Below the pieces are notes generated by a model. The model was not told where the DNA came from. It saw nothing but the letters and a program-made list of their open reading frames with translations, and did no database searches. This document shows positions 16,656-25,659 of a DNA stretch of 28,107 nt, piece after piece. Source of the DNA: Armatimonadota bacterium (lineage in GTDB: Bacteria; Armatimonadota; UBA5829; DTLH01). Positions within the stretch are counted from its first letter, which is position 1, and each line of letters begins with the position of its first letter. The stretch lies in assembly GCA_039680575.1 (NCBI GenBank), contig JBDKSP010000081.1, forward strand, positions 1 through 28,107, in the 5' to 3' direction. The translations under genes were made by a program, and so were the position numbers.

Positions 16656-17672
16656 TCATCGCGTTCTATACAGAATATTAGATGAGAGCGTTGTAAGAGC
16701 ATCCCTGGCGTCAGAAGGCGGAAGACTCTTGAGGTGATCGTTTGCGCGTTCTATAAAGGATTTTGCCTGCTCTCTGGCAGATTCGACTGCACCCAGCGAG
16801 CGTATCTTTTCGCAGAGCTTGCGGACATCATCTTCGGTGTTTTCCGGTCGTTCAAGGGCTTTGCGTATGGATTCTTTTTCTTCTTCCGGTATGGCATCAA
16901 AAGCAATCAGCACCGGCAGGGTAAACTTTCCTTCGCGTAAATCACTGCCGATTGGTTTTCCGACAACATCCTGCTCCCCGGCTATGTCCAGAATGTCATC
17001 AGTAAGCTGGAATGCCATACCGAGTTCCATTCCGTACTTTGCCAGTGCTTCTTCAGTCGAACTATCTGCGCCAGAGAGTATCGCACCGCACCTGCAGCAT
17101 GCTGACATAAACCCGGCTGTTTTGTTGCGGACGATTTCCCAATAATTCTTTTTCCAGTTTTCTATACTGTGCTCGCACATCGACTGAAGCACTTCGATTT
17201 CACTCATTTTGGTCGTCGTGTCGGCGATGGTATCCATAATCCGCTGGTCATTGTCCTTCAGGAGGAGCCTGAATGCCTTAGCGAGTATGTAATCCCCGCT
17301 CAAGATAGATATCCTGTTGCCCCAGAACGCGTTTGCCGTTACCCGTCCCCTTCGAGAGTCAGAATGATCGATCACATCATCATGCATCAGAGATGCCATG
17401 TGTATAAGCTCGACCACAGCAGCTACGGCCGTGACTCTTTCATGATTGGTGTCGGTGTCAAACGCAGTTTGCGACGATAAAATGACGAGTGCAGGTCTCA
17501 ATCTTTTACCACCTGCCGAAAGCAGATGGTCAAAAACATCGTTTATTGTCTGAACATCGGAATGAATAGTCTCCGAAAGGAAGTTTTCAACTTCGCGGAG
17601 CTCTTCTTGTATTGGCGCCCGCCAATCCACCGGTTTTTCCGTATATGCTGCACGCCATGCCTTAGCGCTCAT
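16656..17672 (-). CDS. Long-chain polyprenyl diphosphate synthase (HepT/IspB-like)
   Basis: GGKRLRP, ELIHMASLMHDDVID...RRG (FARM, Ala at -5 indicates long chain), KTA, FQLTDDILD (SARM), GKPIGSDLREGKFTLP. Overlaps the upstream gene end. Confidence 0.95.
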   Translation of the reverse strand: MSAKAWRAAYTEKPVDWRAPIQEELREVENFLSETIHSDVQTINDVFDHLLSAGGKRLRPALVILSSQTAFDTDTNHERVTAVAAVVELIHMASLMHDDVIDHSDSRRGRVTANAFWGNRISILSGDYILAKAFRLLLKDNDQRIMDTIADTTTKMSEIEVLQSMCEHSIENWKKNYWEIVRNKTAGFMSACCRCGAILSGADSSTEEALAKYGMELGMAFQLTDDILDIAGEQDVVGKPIGSDLREGKFTLPVLIAFDAIPEEEKESIRKALERPENTEDDVRKLCEKIRSLGAVESAREQAKSFIERANDHLKSLPPSDARDALTTLSSNILYRTR

Positions 17673-18381
17673 TCTTGGTACCCATATGAATGCAAACAGT
17701 GCCGAAAGTCAGGTTGCGAATATGTATATCTACAAGGCCGCAACTCCTGAATATATCGGCCAATTCCTCTCTAGAACAGAATCGTGCCACCGAATTAGGC
17801 AGGTAATCATAAGGTTCACGTTCAGCGCCGAACAAACCGGCCAGCCGGGGCATTATTCGGAAGAAATAAAGACGCCATAGCGGTTGGAGTATCCGCGAAT
17901 TCGGCCCCACAATTTCCAAGGATATTACCCGTCCTCCCGGCTTTGTCACTCGTGTCATTTCAGCTATCGTCGCTTGGACACTTGCGACATTGCGAAGCGC
18001 AAAGCCGATCGTGGCGCAGTCAAAAGCGCCGGATGCAAAAGGCAGGCTTTCCGCGTTGGCTGTAACAAGCTCAACAGTCTTCTCATCAGCCAGTTTTTTT
18101 GCAGCCAGTGCGATCATCGGCCTGCAGAAATCGGTCCCCACAACTAAGCCGGCAGATCCTGCGGCAGCGGAAAGCTCTCTGGCGAAATCACCCGTTCCGG
18201 TCGCTACGTCGATTGCTGATGTTCCCGGTTCGATCCCGGACATTCGGACGGCAATCTTTCGCCAGCTTTTGTGCATGCCGAGGCTGATAACGCTGTTCAT
18301 CAGGTCGTATTTGGAGGCGATAGATCCGAACAATCGGTTTATGTACCGCTCCTTTTCCCTGCCGACCAATTTACCGCGCAA
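17662..18381 (-). CDS. menG: UbiE/MenG demethylmenaquinone methyltransferase
   Basis: FGSIASKYDLMNSVISLGMHKSWR, IDVATGTGD, AESLPF, IGFALRNV, RVTKPGG, YDYLPNSV. TTG start after GGAGG. Confidence 0.92.
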   Translation of the reverse strand: MRGKLVGREKERYINRLFGSIASKYDLMNSVISLGMHKSWRKIAVRMSGIEPGTSAIDVATGTGDFARELSAAAGSAGLVVGTDFCRPMIALAAKKLADEKTVELVTANAESLPFASGAFDCATIGFALRNVASVQATIAEMTRVTKPGGRVISLEIVGPNSRILQPLWRLYFFRIMPRLAGLFGAEREPYDYLPNSVARFCSREELADIFRSCGLVDIHIRNLTFGTVCIHMGTKNER

Positions 18382-18462
18382 TCGTGCCTCCGTTTCAATG
18401 AACTCAGCTGAACCGGCTCATTCATGATGTGCTAAAGCCGGTAGCGTGTAAGCCCGTGTGCC

Positions 18463-18492
18463 ATTATATCCGTTTGCCGGTTTAAACGTCAA
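18463..18492 (-). promoter_or_regulatory. Sigma70 promoter of the menG-polyprenyl synthase operon
   Basis: TTGACG (18492-18487), 18 bp, TATAAT (18468-18463). Confidence 0.7.
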
Positions 18493-18530
18493 CGAGTAAC
18501 GAAATCTGGAAATCTATTCGATGCTTGGCA

Positions 18531-18560
18531 TTGACACCCTTGCTGCGCGATTAATATAAT
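18531..18560 (+). promoter_or_regulatory. Consensus sigma70 promoter of the LbH gene
   Basis: TTGACA (18531-18536), 18 bp, TATAAT (18555-18560). Confidence 0.8.
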
Positions 18561-18595
18561 CTTATGGACAACGATTTATAATCGGGGGGAAGATA

Positions 18596-19321
18596 TTGCT
18601 CAGACCGGAAGACTTTTTTGACCTTGATGGCTACGAATTCAGTGGTGTTTTCGATGGATGTGAATATGTATGGCAGGCGCTCTCAAGAATCGGCGCCTTC
18701 GCTCTTAATTATATAACCGAAGTCGATGGCGAAACGACGGTCTTCGGTGAAGTAAGGCCCGGAGCATACATAGACGATAAACACAGCGTTGTAATCGGTA
18801 AAGGAACAGTTGTAGAGCCGGGCGCTTACATTCAGGGACCTGCTATAATCGGTGAGAATTGCCAGATAAGGCATGGAGCGTATATTCGAGGCGATGTCAT
18901 CGTAGGAAACAAGTGTATAATCGGCCATGCAAGTGAACTGAAGAATGCGATAATGCTCGATGGAGCACAGGCTCCGCACTTCAACTATGTGGGCGATAGT
19001 ATCCTTGGACGCAAATCTAATCTTGGAGCCGGGACCAGGCTGTCTAACGTGCCTACTGTGAGCGAGAGGGACGAGAAAACAGGTAAAAGGCCTACGATAA
19101 AGTTAGAGATCAACGGCAAGATATACGATACCGGCCTGCAGAAGTTTGGCGCGGTCATAGGAGACGGGTCTCAGACCGGCTGTAATACAGTTACCAATCC
19201 GGGCACACTCCTGGGGAAACGCACGGTAGTCTACCCGAACATTTCTTTGCGCAAGGGTTATTACCCTCCTCATCGGATCATTAAGCTCAAGCAGAGTATA
19301 GAGATCGTAGAGCGGACTTAA
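18596..19321 (+). CDS. Stand-alone left-handed beta-helix acetyltransferase, GlmU C-terminal-like
   Basis: Hexapeptide repeats (VVIGKG, AIIGEN, VIVGNK), APHFNYVGDSILG..NLGAGT, KFGAVIGD. TTG start after GGGGGG. No nucleotidyltransferase domain. Confidence 0.88.
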   Translation: MLRPEDFFDLDGYEFSGVFDGCEYVWQALSRIGAFALNYITEVDGETTVFGEVRPGAYIDDKHSVVIGKGTVVEPGAYIQGPAIIGENCQIRHGAYIRGDVIVGNKCIIGHASELKNAIMLDGAQAPHFNYVGDSILGRKSNLGAGTRLSNVPTVSERDEKTGKRPTIKLEINGKIYDTGLQKFGAVIGDGSQTGCNTVTNPGTLLGKRTVVYPNISLRKGYYPPHRIIKLKQSIEIVERT

Positions 19322-19707
19322 CCGCTCGTCAGCTTATCGGCAGCGTCATTATCGTCCGTATTGATGACTGCCGATGCTACTCCTCCGCCGGGCGTGACTG
19401 TGCCGTAGATATATCTTATATTTATATCCGCGGCTGAGAGTTTTGCGCAAAGCTCTGAGAGAGAGCCTGGGCGGTCGGGGATCTCCACGACTATTACATC
19501 GCTTCTTATAAAGCCATAGTTAAGTTCAAGCAGGGCTGCGGCAGCTTTATCCGCATCATTGGTAATCATCCGAATTACGGCGTGGTCTGTCGCATCTACA
19601 GTCGATATTGCCTTGATATTTATATTGAACCTGGCCAGATGAGCGGTCATCCGGGCGAGTTCGCCGGTACGGTTGACTAAGAAGACGGATATTTGAGTAT
19701 CCTTCAT
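19318..19707 (-). CDS. Tandem ACT-domain protein
   Basis: QISVFLVNRTGELA..., EIPDRPGSL...INIRYIY. AAGGAGG SD supports ATG 19707. TATAAT at 19735-19730. Stop overlaps the convergent LbH stop. Confidence 0.88.
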   Translation of the reverse strand: MKDTQISVFLVNRTGELARMTAHLARFNINIKAISTVDATDHAVIRMITNDADKAAAALLELNYGFIRSDVIVVEIPDRPGSLSELCAKLSAADINIRYIYGTVTPGGGVASAVINTDDNDAADKLTSG

Positions 19708-19775
19708 AAGCGGCATCCTCCTTTTGCTGATTATATGCCCCGATGATACGGAAGGTAAAACAGCAATATTAACGA

Positions 19776-20429
19776 CTATGTTCTTTGCATGCGACGCGCA
19801 TTCAGCAGTTCGACGACTTCCTCGTCCGACGTCTGCCCGAACTCGATATACCAGCTTCCGACGGCGAAGAATGGGGTGGGGGTCATGAGCGCGTGGACCT
19901 CATCGGCAAGCCGGGAAATACGTCTGAGCGAGTCCGGTGCAGCCACAGGGACGGCAAGAACGATCCTGCCAGGGTTGAGTTCACGTAAGGAGTATAACGC
20001 AGCCTCTATAGTATAGCCTGTGGCTATGCCGTCATCGACAACTATGACCGTCCTGCCGCTGATGTTGGGAGGATCGATAGTTCCTCGATACTCCCTGAGC
20101 CGCCTGTCTATCTCAGCAAGTTGTCTTTCTGTTTCCCTTTGGATGTAATCCTGGGTAACGCTGAGATACGATATAGCTGATTCGTCGAGGATCGCGTTTC
20201 CTTCGTTCCAGGGAGCTACCGCGCCGATTGCCAGTTCCGGCTGGTCAGGCGCGCCCAGTTTTCGCGGCACTACGACATCGAGTGGAAGGTCCAGTGCGAT
20301 GGCGATCTCGTAACCGACCACGACTCCTCCCCGTGGGATAGCGATTACGAGTGCATCAGTGCCTCGATACTGTTCGAGAACCTTTGCGAGTTTTTTTCCG
20401 GCATCTGCTCTATCTTCGAATACCTGCAT
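19776..20429 (-). CDS. Type I phosphoribosyltransferase-family protein
   Basis: FEDRADAG..LA, AIPRGGVVVG, RKLGAP.QPELAIGA, PRPP loop VIVVDDGIATGYT, AVGSWY..F.QTSDEEV. Starts 1 nt after the lon stop. Confidence 0.9.
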   Translation of the reverse strand: MQVFEDRADAGKKLAKVLEQYRGTDALVIAIPRGGVVVGYEIAIALDLPLDVVVPRKLGAPDQPELAIGAVAPWNEGNAILDESAISYLSVTQDYIQRETERQLAEIDRRLREYRGTIDPPNISGRTVIVVDDGIATGYTIEAALYSLRELNPGRIVLAVPVAAPDSLRRISRLADEVHALMTPTPFFAVGSWYIEFGQTSDEEVVELLNARRMQRT

Positions 20430-20430
20430 T

Positions 20431-22857
20431 TCAACTTTCAGCTTCGAGTGCCTGGTCCAGCACCTGATCTATGTTGTCTACATATATGAACTGAAGTTCT
20501 TTCTGGATATTCTCTGGGATATCCTCCAGAACATCTTTTCTGTTCTCTTCCGGCATAATGATCGTCTTTACGCCTGCACGTCGGGCTGCTAATACCTTTT
20601 CTTTTATACCACCGACCGGAAGCACTTTACCCCTCAGCGTAATCTCGCCGGTCATGGCGACATCATTTCTGACCTTCCGGTTTGTTAATAGAGAGGCGAG
20701 AGCTGTAACCATCGTAACACCGGCTGATGGTCCGTCTTTGGGGATCGCCCCGGCAGGAACATGCATATGAATGTCCGACTTTGTAAAGAATTCCGGGTCA
20801 ATCTTTAACTTTGACGCCTTGGAACGGATGTAAGAAAGCGCCGCCTGAGCGGATTCCTTCATAACATCCCCCAATTGCCCAGTTAGGGTCAATGTCTTGC
20901 CGCCAGCCATCCTGGTAGCCTCAACAAACAGCACATCGCCGCCTGTAGGCGTCCATGCCAGCCCCAGTGAGATCCCAGGTTCCGTAGTACGGTCTTTTAT
21001 TTCCTCAAAGAGGTATCTTGGCGAGCCGAGATAATTTCCCACTTGCTCGACAGTCACGTTCACCGGTTCTATACGCCCCTCGGCATATTCACGGGTCACT
21101 TTTCTGCAGATAGATGCTATTTCCCGCTCCAAGTTGCGGACTCCGGCTTCTCTGGTGTAGCCGCGGGCGATGTCACGGACTGCGTCATCTGTCCACGTGA
21201 TATGCGTGCCTTCCAGCAGACCGTGCTCGGCAAGCTGTTTCGGGATCAGATGCCTTTTCGCTATCTGCAATTTCTCCTCCTCGGTGTAACCCGGCAGTTC
21301 CAATATCTCCATCCTGTCTCGAAGCGGCGGCAGTATAGTGTCGAGCATATTCGCAGTAGTGATGAACATAACTTTCGACAGATCGAACGGGACCTCCAGG
21401 TAATGGTCTCTAAAAGAAAAGTTTTGCTCGGGGTCTAGAACTTCCAGAAGCGCAGACGACGGGTCTCCCCTGAAATCGGCGCCGACTTTGTCGATTTCGT
21501 CGAGCATGAATATAGGATTATTGGAACCAGCCCGGCGTATGCTCTGGATGATCTGCCCCGGCAGTGCCCCGATGTATGTACGTCTGTGTCCCCTAATCTC
21601 AGCTTCGTCCCTGATGCCGCCGAGTGACATCCTGACGAAGCTGCGTCCCAATGCTCTCGAAATGGACTTGCCCAGTGATGTTTTCCCGACCCCAGGAGGC
21701 CCGACGAAGCACAGGATAGGATGCCTTATCCCGCCTGTTACTTTGAACTTCCGGACAGACAGGTACTCCAGTATCCGTTCTTTCACCTTTTCCAGACCGT
21801 AATGGTCCTCATCGAGTATTCTACGGACCTCACGTATATCCAGATTGTCTTCCGTGCTCTTTGTCCAGGGCAGGGAAACAAGCCATTCGATGTATGTTCG
21901 CGCTACTGTATACTCCGGTGCAGCAGGCGGCATACGGCTCAACCTGTCCAGCTCCCTTTGGGCTTCTTTTTCGGCTTCCGACGGCATTTCGGCCTGCTTG
22001 ATGCGCTCACGGAGTTCTTCGGCTTCAAGCACACGTTCATCACCTTCGCCCAATTCCCGCTGTATAGCCTTCATCTGCTCTCGAAGGTAGTATTCACGCT
22101 GCGTTTTACCAAACTCCTGGTTGACCTCTGACTGGATTTTGCTGCCAAGTTCCAGCACTTGGGCTTCCCTCAAGAGTATGGTCAGAAGCCTGGTCATCCG
22201 CTCGCGAATCCCGACTGTTTCGAGAAGCTGCTGCTTTTCCTCAACGGGAATTTGCAGATGAAGCGCGATTGTATTCGTCAGAACTGAAGGTTTGGTGACG
22301 ATATTCGATACGTTCTCAAGCTCATCAGGCAGGTTCGGTGAAAGACTGACAACTTTCACGAAAGTATCTGCGACATTACGCCTGAGAGCTTCGATCTCCA
22401 TGGCTTGATCCGGCGTCCAATCGATTACATCAGGTACTTCCTCGACTCTGGCCTTGATATATGGCTCTCTCTGCACTGCTTCGATAATCCTGAACCGTTT
22501 CGTCCCTTGAACAATAAGCCTTTGTCCGTCAGGGAGCCGGATCATGGTATGAATAGTTGCGGCTGTGCCGATTTCATACAGGTCTTCAATTCCTGGGGTT
22601 TCGACACTTGAGTCCATCTTGGCGACGAGACCGATTATCCTGGTGTCACTCACTACTGCGTCGTCTATCAGCCGGATGGAGTTCTCTCGACCCACCAGAA
22701 GAGGCATCACTACCGCCGGGAATAGAACACTATCATTAAGTGGAAGCAGACTCAGTATTTCAGGAATCGCAGGAAGATGGTCTATAGTATTATTCTCGCG
22801 ACTCTGCGCTGTTTCCTGTACGTTATCGATTGTCTTGTCATTGACCTTTGCTTCCAT
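20431..22857 (-). CDS. lon: ATP-dependent Lon protease (LonA)
   Basis: Walker [21 protein letters not shown], Walker B LDEIDK, catalytic [24 protein letters not shown] supports ATG 22857. Confidence 0.97.
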   Translation of the reverse strand: MEAKVNDKTIDNVQETAQSRENNTIDHLPAIPEILSLLPLNDSVLFPAVVMPLLVGRENSIRLIDDAVVSDTRIIGLVAKMDSSVETPGIEDLYEIGTAATIHTMIRLPDGQRLIVQGTKRFRIIEAVQREPYIKARVEEVPDVIDWTPDQAMEIEALRRNVADTFVKVVSLSPNLPDELENVSNIVTKPSVLTNTIALHLQIPVEEKQQLLETVGIRERMTRLLTILLREAQVLELGSKIQSEVNQEFGKTQREYYLREQMKAIQRELGEGDERVLEAEELRERIKQAEMPSEAEKEAQRELDRLSRMPPAAPEYTVARTYIEWLVSLPWTKSTEDNLDIREVRRILDEDHYGLEKVKERILEYLSVRKFKVTGGIRHPILCFVGPPGVGKTSLGKSISRALGRSFVRMSLGGIRDEAEIRGHRRTYIGALPGQIIQSIRRAGSNNPIFMLDEIDKVGADFRGDPSSALLEVLDPEQNFSFRDHYLEVPFDLSKVMFITTANMLDTILPPLRDRMEILELPGYTEEEKLQIAKRHLIPKQLAEHGLLEGTHITWTDDAVRDIARGYTREAGVRNLEREIASICRKVTREYAEGRIEPVNVTVEQVGNYLGSPRYLFEEIKDRTTEPGISLGLAWTPTGGDVLFVEATRMAGGKTLTLTGQLGDVMKESAQAALSYIRSKASKLKIDPEFFTKSDIHMHVPAGAIPKDGPSAGVTMVTALASLLTNRKVRNDVAMTGEITLRGKVLPVGGIKEKVLAARRAGVKTIIMPEENRKDVLEDIPENIQKELQFIYVDNIDQVLDQALEAES

Positions 22858-22871
22858 ATTATGCTCCAAAC

Positions 22872-22931
22872 AAAGAGTTTCGGCTGAAACGATATTCATA
22901 TACCAGTTATATCAATTGCCAATACTTTGTA
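22872..22931 (+). repeat. Copy A of a ~60-bp dispersed non-coding repeat
   Basis: aaagagtttcggctgaaacgatatt-catatacca-gttatatcaattgccaatactttgta. Aligns with the reverse complement of 27255-27313. Confidence 0.8.
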
Positions 22932-22942
22932 AATATACAGCT

Positions 22943-23413
22943 TCAATCATTGGTTGTAGGGACGATACGGGTCTTTTTCTCCTGTCTTTTCGGTAGAGAG
23001 ATAAGAAGAAATCCTTCTTCGTATGTTGCGCTTAGCTTATCTCTGTCTATTTTGATTTCAGATGGTATTGCAATTATCCGTTCAAATGGTCCGTAATATA
23101 TTTCGAGCTGATAATAGCGCACCAGTCCGCGCCGGTTCACATTACTTTCAGAGCGAAACCCTTTTATCGTCAGGAATCTATCATCAGCTGATAACTGTAT
23201 TTCCACGTTTTCAGGTTTTACACCGGCTGCGCAGACTTTCACGATCAGCGCATTCTTCGTTTCATAAACATCTACGCGAGGGGTCCATACTTCACCAGCC
23301 GCACCGGGAAGCCGGAACATTTGTAAAAGCATATCATCCGATATACGGCGCATCTCGCATTCGAGCTCTTCAAGCATTTCCTCGTAAGACTTGAATATCA
23401 TAGCTATTTCCAT
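22943..23413 (-). CDS. Hsp20/alpha-crystallin small heat-shock protein
   Basis: WTPRVDVYET, LTIKGFR, EIYYGPFERII, SATYEEGFLLISLPK, C-terminal IXV-like RIVP. The start may be 23401. Confidence 0.92.
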   Translation of the reverse strand: MEIAMIFKSYEEMLEELECEMRRISDDMLLQMFRLPGAAGEVWTPRVDVYETKNALIVKVCAAGVKPENVEIQLSADDRFLTIKGFRSESNVNRRGLVRYYQLEIYYGPFERIIAIPSEIKIDRDKLSATYEEGFLLISLPKRQEKKTRIVPTTND

Positions 23414-23710
23414 CCTTTAAGAACGGCAATTATCTCTGCTCATCCGACTCTCGAACGACATCCTGGGTGGCTATACATAGTTATAAGTTAAACAATAGTA
23501 GACAAGCCATCCGAGGCGTAGGACAGGCGTCCCCTAACGCATTACTTACGATCGAAACATTGCAGTAGACTTTACTGTACAGGGGATACCCATTTTTACG
23601 GGAAAGTATTTATGAACGAAAAGAGGTAGGGGATTGTGGATTGTGTGGGTTATAATCGTAGGTCATAGGGCGTGGGTTTTACCCGAAAGAGGTTTTTGCC
23701 ATCCCTTTCC

Positions 23711-25090
23711 CTATTTTCCTATGCAGAAATCCTCGAAGATCCGGTCGATGAGGTCTGCTGACGCAGTGTCGCCTGTTATGTCTCCGAGGCTCATTCGGGC
23801 GGCTATCAGATCTACGGAAAGAAAATCGATTGGCAAGCCATGTTCTATGGTAATGAGCGCCTTTTCCAGGCATTCCTTTGCTGCAATGAGAGCTTGTTTG
23901 TGCCGCAGGTTCGTGACAAGCGATCCTTCGCCGCTGCCGGCTTTCCCACTCATAACTGTTTCCGCTATTTTATCTTCAAGCTCCTCGATACCAAGCCCTG
24001 TTGTGGCCGATATTGGGATCGCGACTATGTTGGGGAACTCTCGATGTAGCTGCTTCAGTGCATCTGGCTTGTCTTGATCGTTCAGCAGATCGATTTTGTT
24101 CAGCACTATCAATACCGGGGTCTGAATACCGGAGAGTATCTTTCTATCTTCGTCAGTAAACCCGGTAGAGGCATCAATTACGAACAATATCAACCCGGCT
24201 GCGGCCATTGTTCTTTCCGTCAACTCGACGCCGATCTTTTCGACCTCGTCCGCGGCTGTTCTCAGACCTGCAGTATCCGCCGCTATGACAGGTATTCCAC
24301 GGATATTTATCGATTCTTCGATAACATCCCTGGTAGTTCCCGGAATATGGGTTACAATAGCGCGATCCTGCCCTAGAAGTGCGTTCAGCAGGCTGGACTT
24401 GCCGACATTCGGCCTCCCGATTATCGCAAGCGAAATGCCTTCGCGGTAGATACGTCCTCGGTCGCTTGTGGAGATCAAATAATCGATATTCTGAGCCAGC
24501 GTTTTGATCTCGGTTGAAAGAATATGGCAGTTGGGCTCCTCGACATCTTCAGGGAAATCTATAGCAGCTTCGATACGAGCCAGTATAGAGAGGATAGCAT
24601 CGGTGATTTTGGATACTTCAGAGGAAAGCGCGCTGCCAAGCTGCCTAAGTGCTTGACGCTGCGCATAGTCCGTACGGGCGCGGATAATGTCATTGACAGC
24701 CTCTGCCTGGGCGAGGTCGAGGCGTCCGTTGAGGAAAGCCCGCTTGGTAAACTCACCGGGGCCGGCAGGCAGCGCTCCGGCGTCGTATGCAGCTTCAAGC
24801 GCCTTGCCTAGAGTCACAATTCCGCCATGACATGAGATTTCGATGGTATCATCACCGGTATAGCTCGCGGGCGCTTTGAAGACAGTAAGCAGGATTTTGT
24901 CTATAAGCTCACGGTTTGCTGGATGTACGAGTGACCCGTAATGTACGGTGTGAGATTTGAAGGTCGATGGAGTCCCGGAATTACCCACGAACAAGCGGTC
25001 TCCGATTGAAAATGCATCGGGACCGCTTATCCTTATAACTCCGATGCCGCACGAGCCTATCGCGGTCGCTATAGCGGCTATTGTGTCCAT
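23711..25090 (-). CDS. mnmE: tRNA modification GTPase MnmE
   Basis: DTIAAIAT, GEFTKRAFLNGRLDLAQAEAV, GRPNVGKSSL, IPGTTRD, DTAGLR, NKID, terminal FCIGK. Confidence 0.98.
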   Translation of the reverse strand: MDTIAAIATAIGSCGIGVIRISGPDAFSIGDRLFVGNSGTPSTFKSHTVHYGSLVHPANRELIDKILLTVFKAPASYTGDDTIEISCHGGIVTLGKALEAAYDAGALPAGPGEFTKRAFLNGRLDLAQAEAVNDIIRARTDYAQRQALRQLGSALSSEVSKITDAILSILARIEAAIDFPEDVEEPNCHILSTEIKTLAQNIDYLISTSDRGRIYREGISLAIIGRPNVGKSSLLNALLGQDRAIVTHIPGTTRDVIEESINIRGIPVIAADTAGLRTAADEVEKIGVELTERTMAAAGLILFVIDASTGFTDEDRKILSGIQTPVLIVLNKIDLLNDQDKPDALKQLHREFPNIVAIPISATTGLGIEELEDKIAETVMSGKAGSGEGSLVTNLRHKQALIAAKECLEKALITIEHGLPIDFLSVDLIAARMSLGDITGDTASADLIDRIFEDFCIGK

Positions 25091-25091
25091 G

Positions 25092-25565
25092 TTACTTCTG
25101 TGGAGAGATTACGATGTGCCTGTCCTCGCCTTCGCCCTCGCTGTACGTGACAACATTGGGATCGTCTGCGAGCAAGACGTGGATTATCCGCCTGTCTCTT
25201 GCTGACTGCGGCTCCAGCACTGCTTCTTCTCCGAGTTCTTTGACCTGCCGGGCAATCTCAAGTGTTTTATTCTCAAGCGTCTGCTTATGCCGTTCCCGAT
25301 ATCCTTCTGCATCAAGCAGCGTACGTATTTTCTGCATGGAACTGCGATTAATTGCTATTCCGACGATGTACTGAAGTGCATCCAGTGTTTGTCCATGTCT
25401 TCCGATGAGTCTTCCTATATCGTTCGAGTCACCGGTAAGATTGATCTGAATTTCCTCGTCATCTTCGGATACCAGTTCAGGTTTGACTTTGAACTGCATT
25501 GCATTGAGTATGGTCTCAAGAAGGCCTAAAGCCTGCTCGCCAAATGATCCTGATTCCTCAACCAT
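25092..25565 (-). CDS. jag: Jag/KhpB/EloR RNA-binding protein (KH + R3H only, 157 aa)
   Basis: GRLIGRHGQTLDALQY (KH) and RDRRIIH...TYSEGEG..R (R3H). AAGGAGG SD defines ATG 25565. Canonical position between yidC and mnmE. Confidence 0.92.
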   Translation of the reverse strand: MVEESGSFGEQALGLLETILNAMQFKVKPELVSEDDEEIQINLTGDSNDIGRLIGRHGQTLDALQYIVGIAINRSSMQKIRTLLDAEGYRERHKQTLENKTLEIARQVKELGEEAVLEPQSARDRRIIHVLLADDPNVVTYSEGEGEDRHIVISPQK

Positions 25566-25659
25566 TGACTGATCCTCCTTGGAGTTGTCAGTTTTATTCG
25601 ATGAAAACCGGCTATAGCCGAAAATTATCCAGAGAGCTCCTTTTGTCGACTGAAACTCA

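Noticed and set aside
23634..23655. TGTGGATTG and TGTGGGTTA as DnaA boxes (oriC candidate)
   Set aside because: Each has two mismatches to TGTGGATAA, and there is no box cluster or adjacent dnaA.
23660..23710. GGCAAAAACC...CGAAAG segment as a c-di-GMP-I riboswitch
   Set aside because: The GGCAAA and GAAA elements are on opposite strands and the GACGCAAAG junction and P1 stem are absent.
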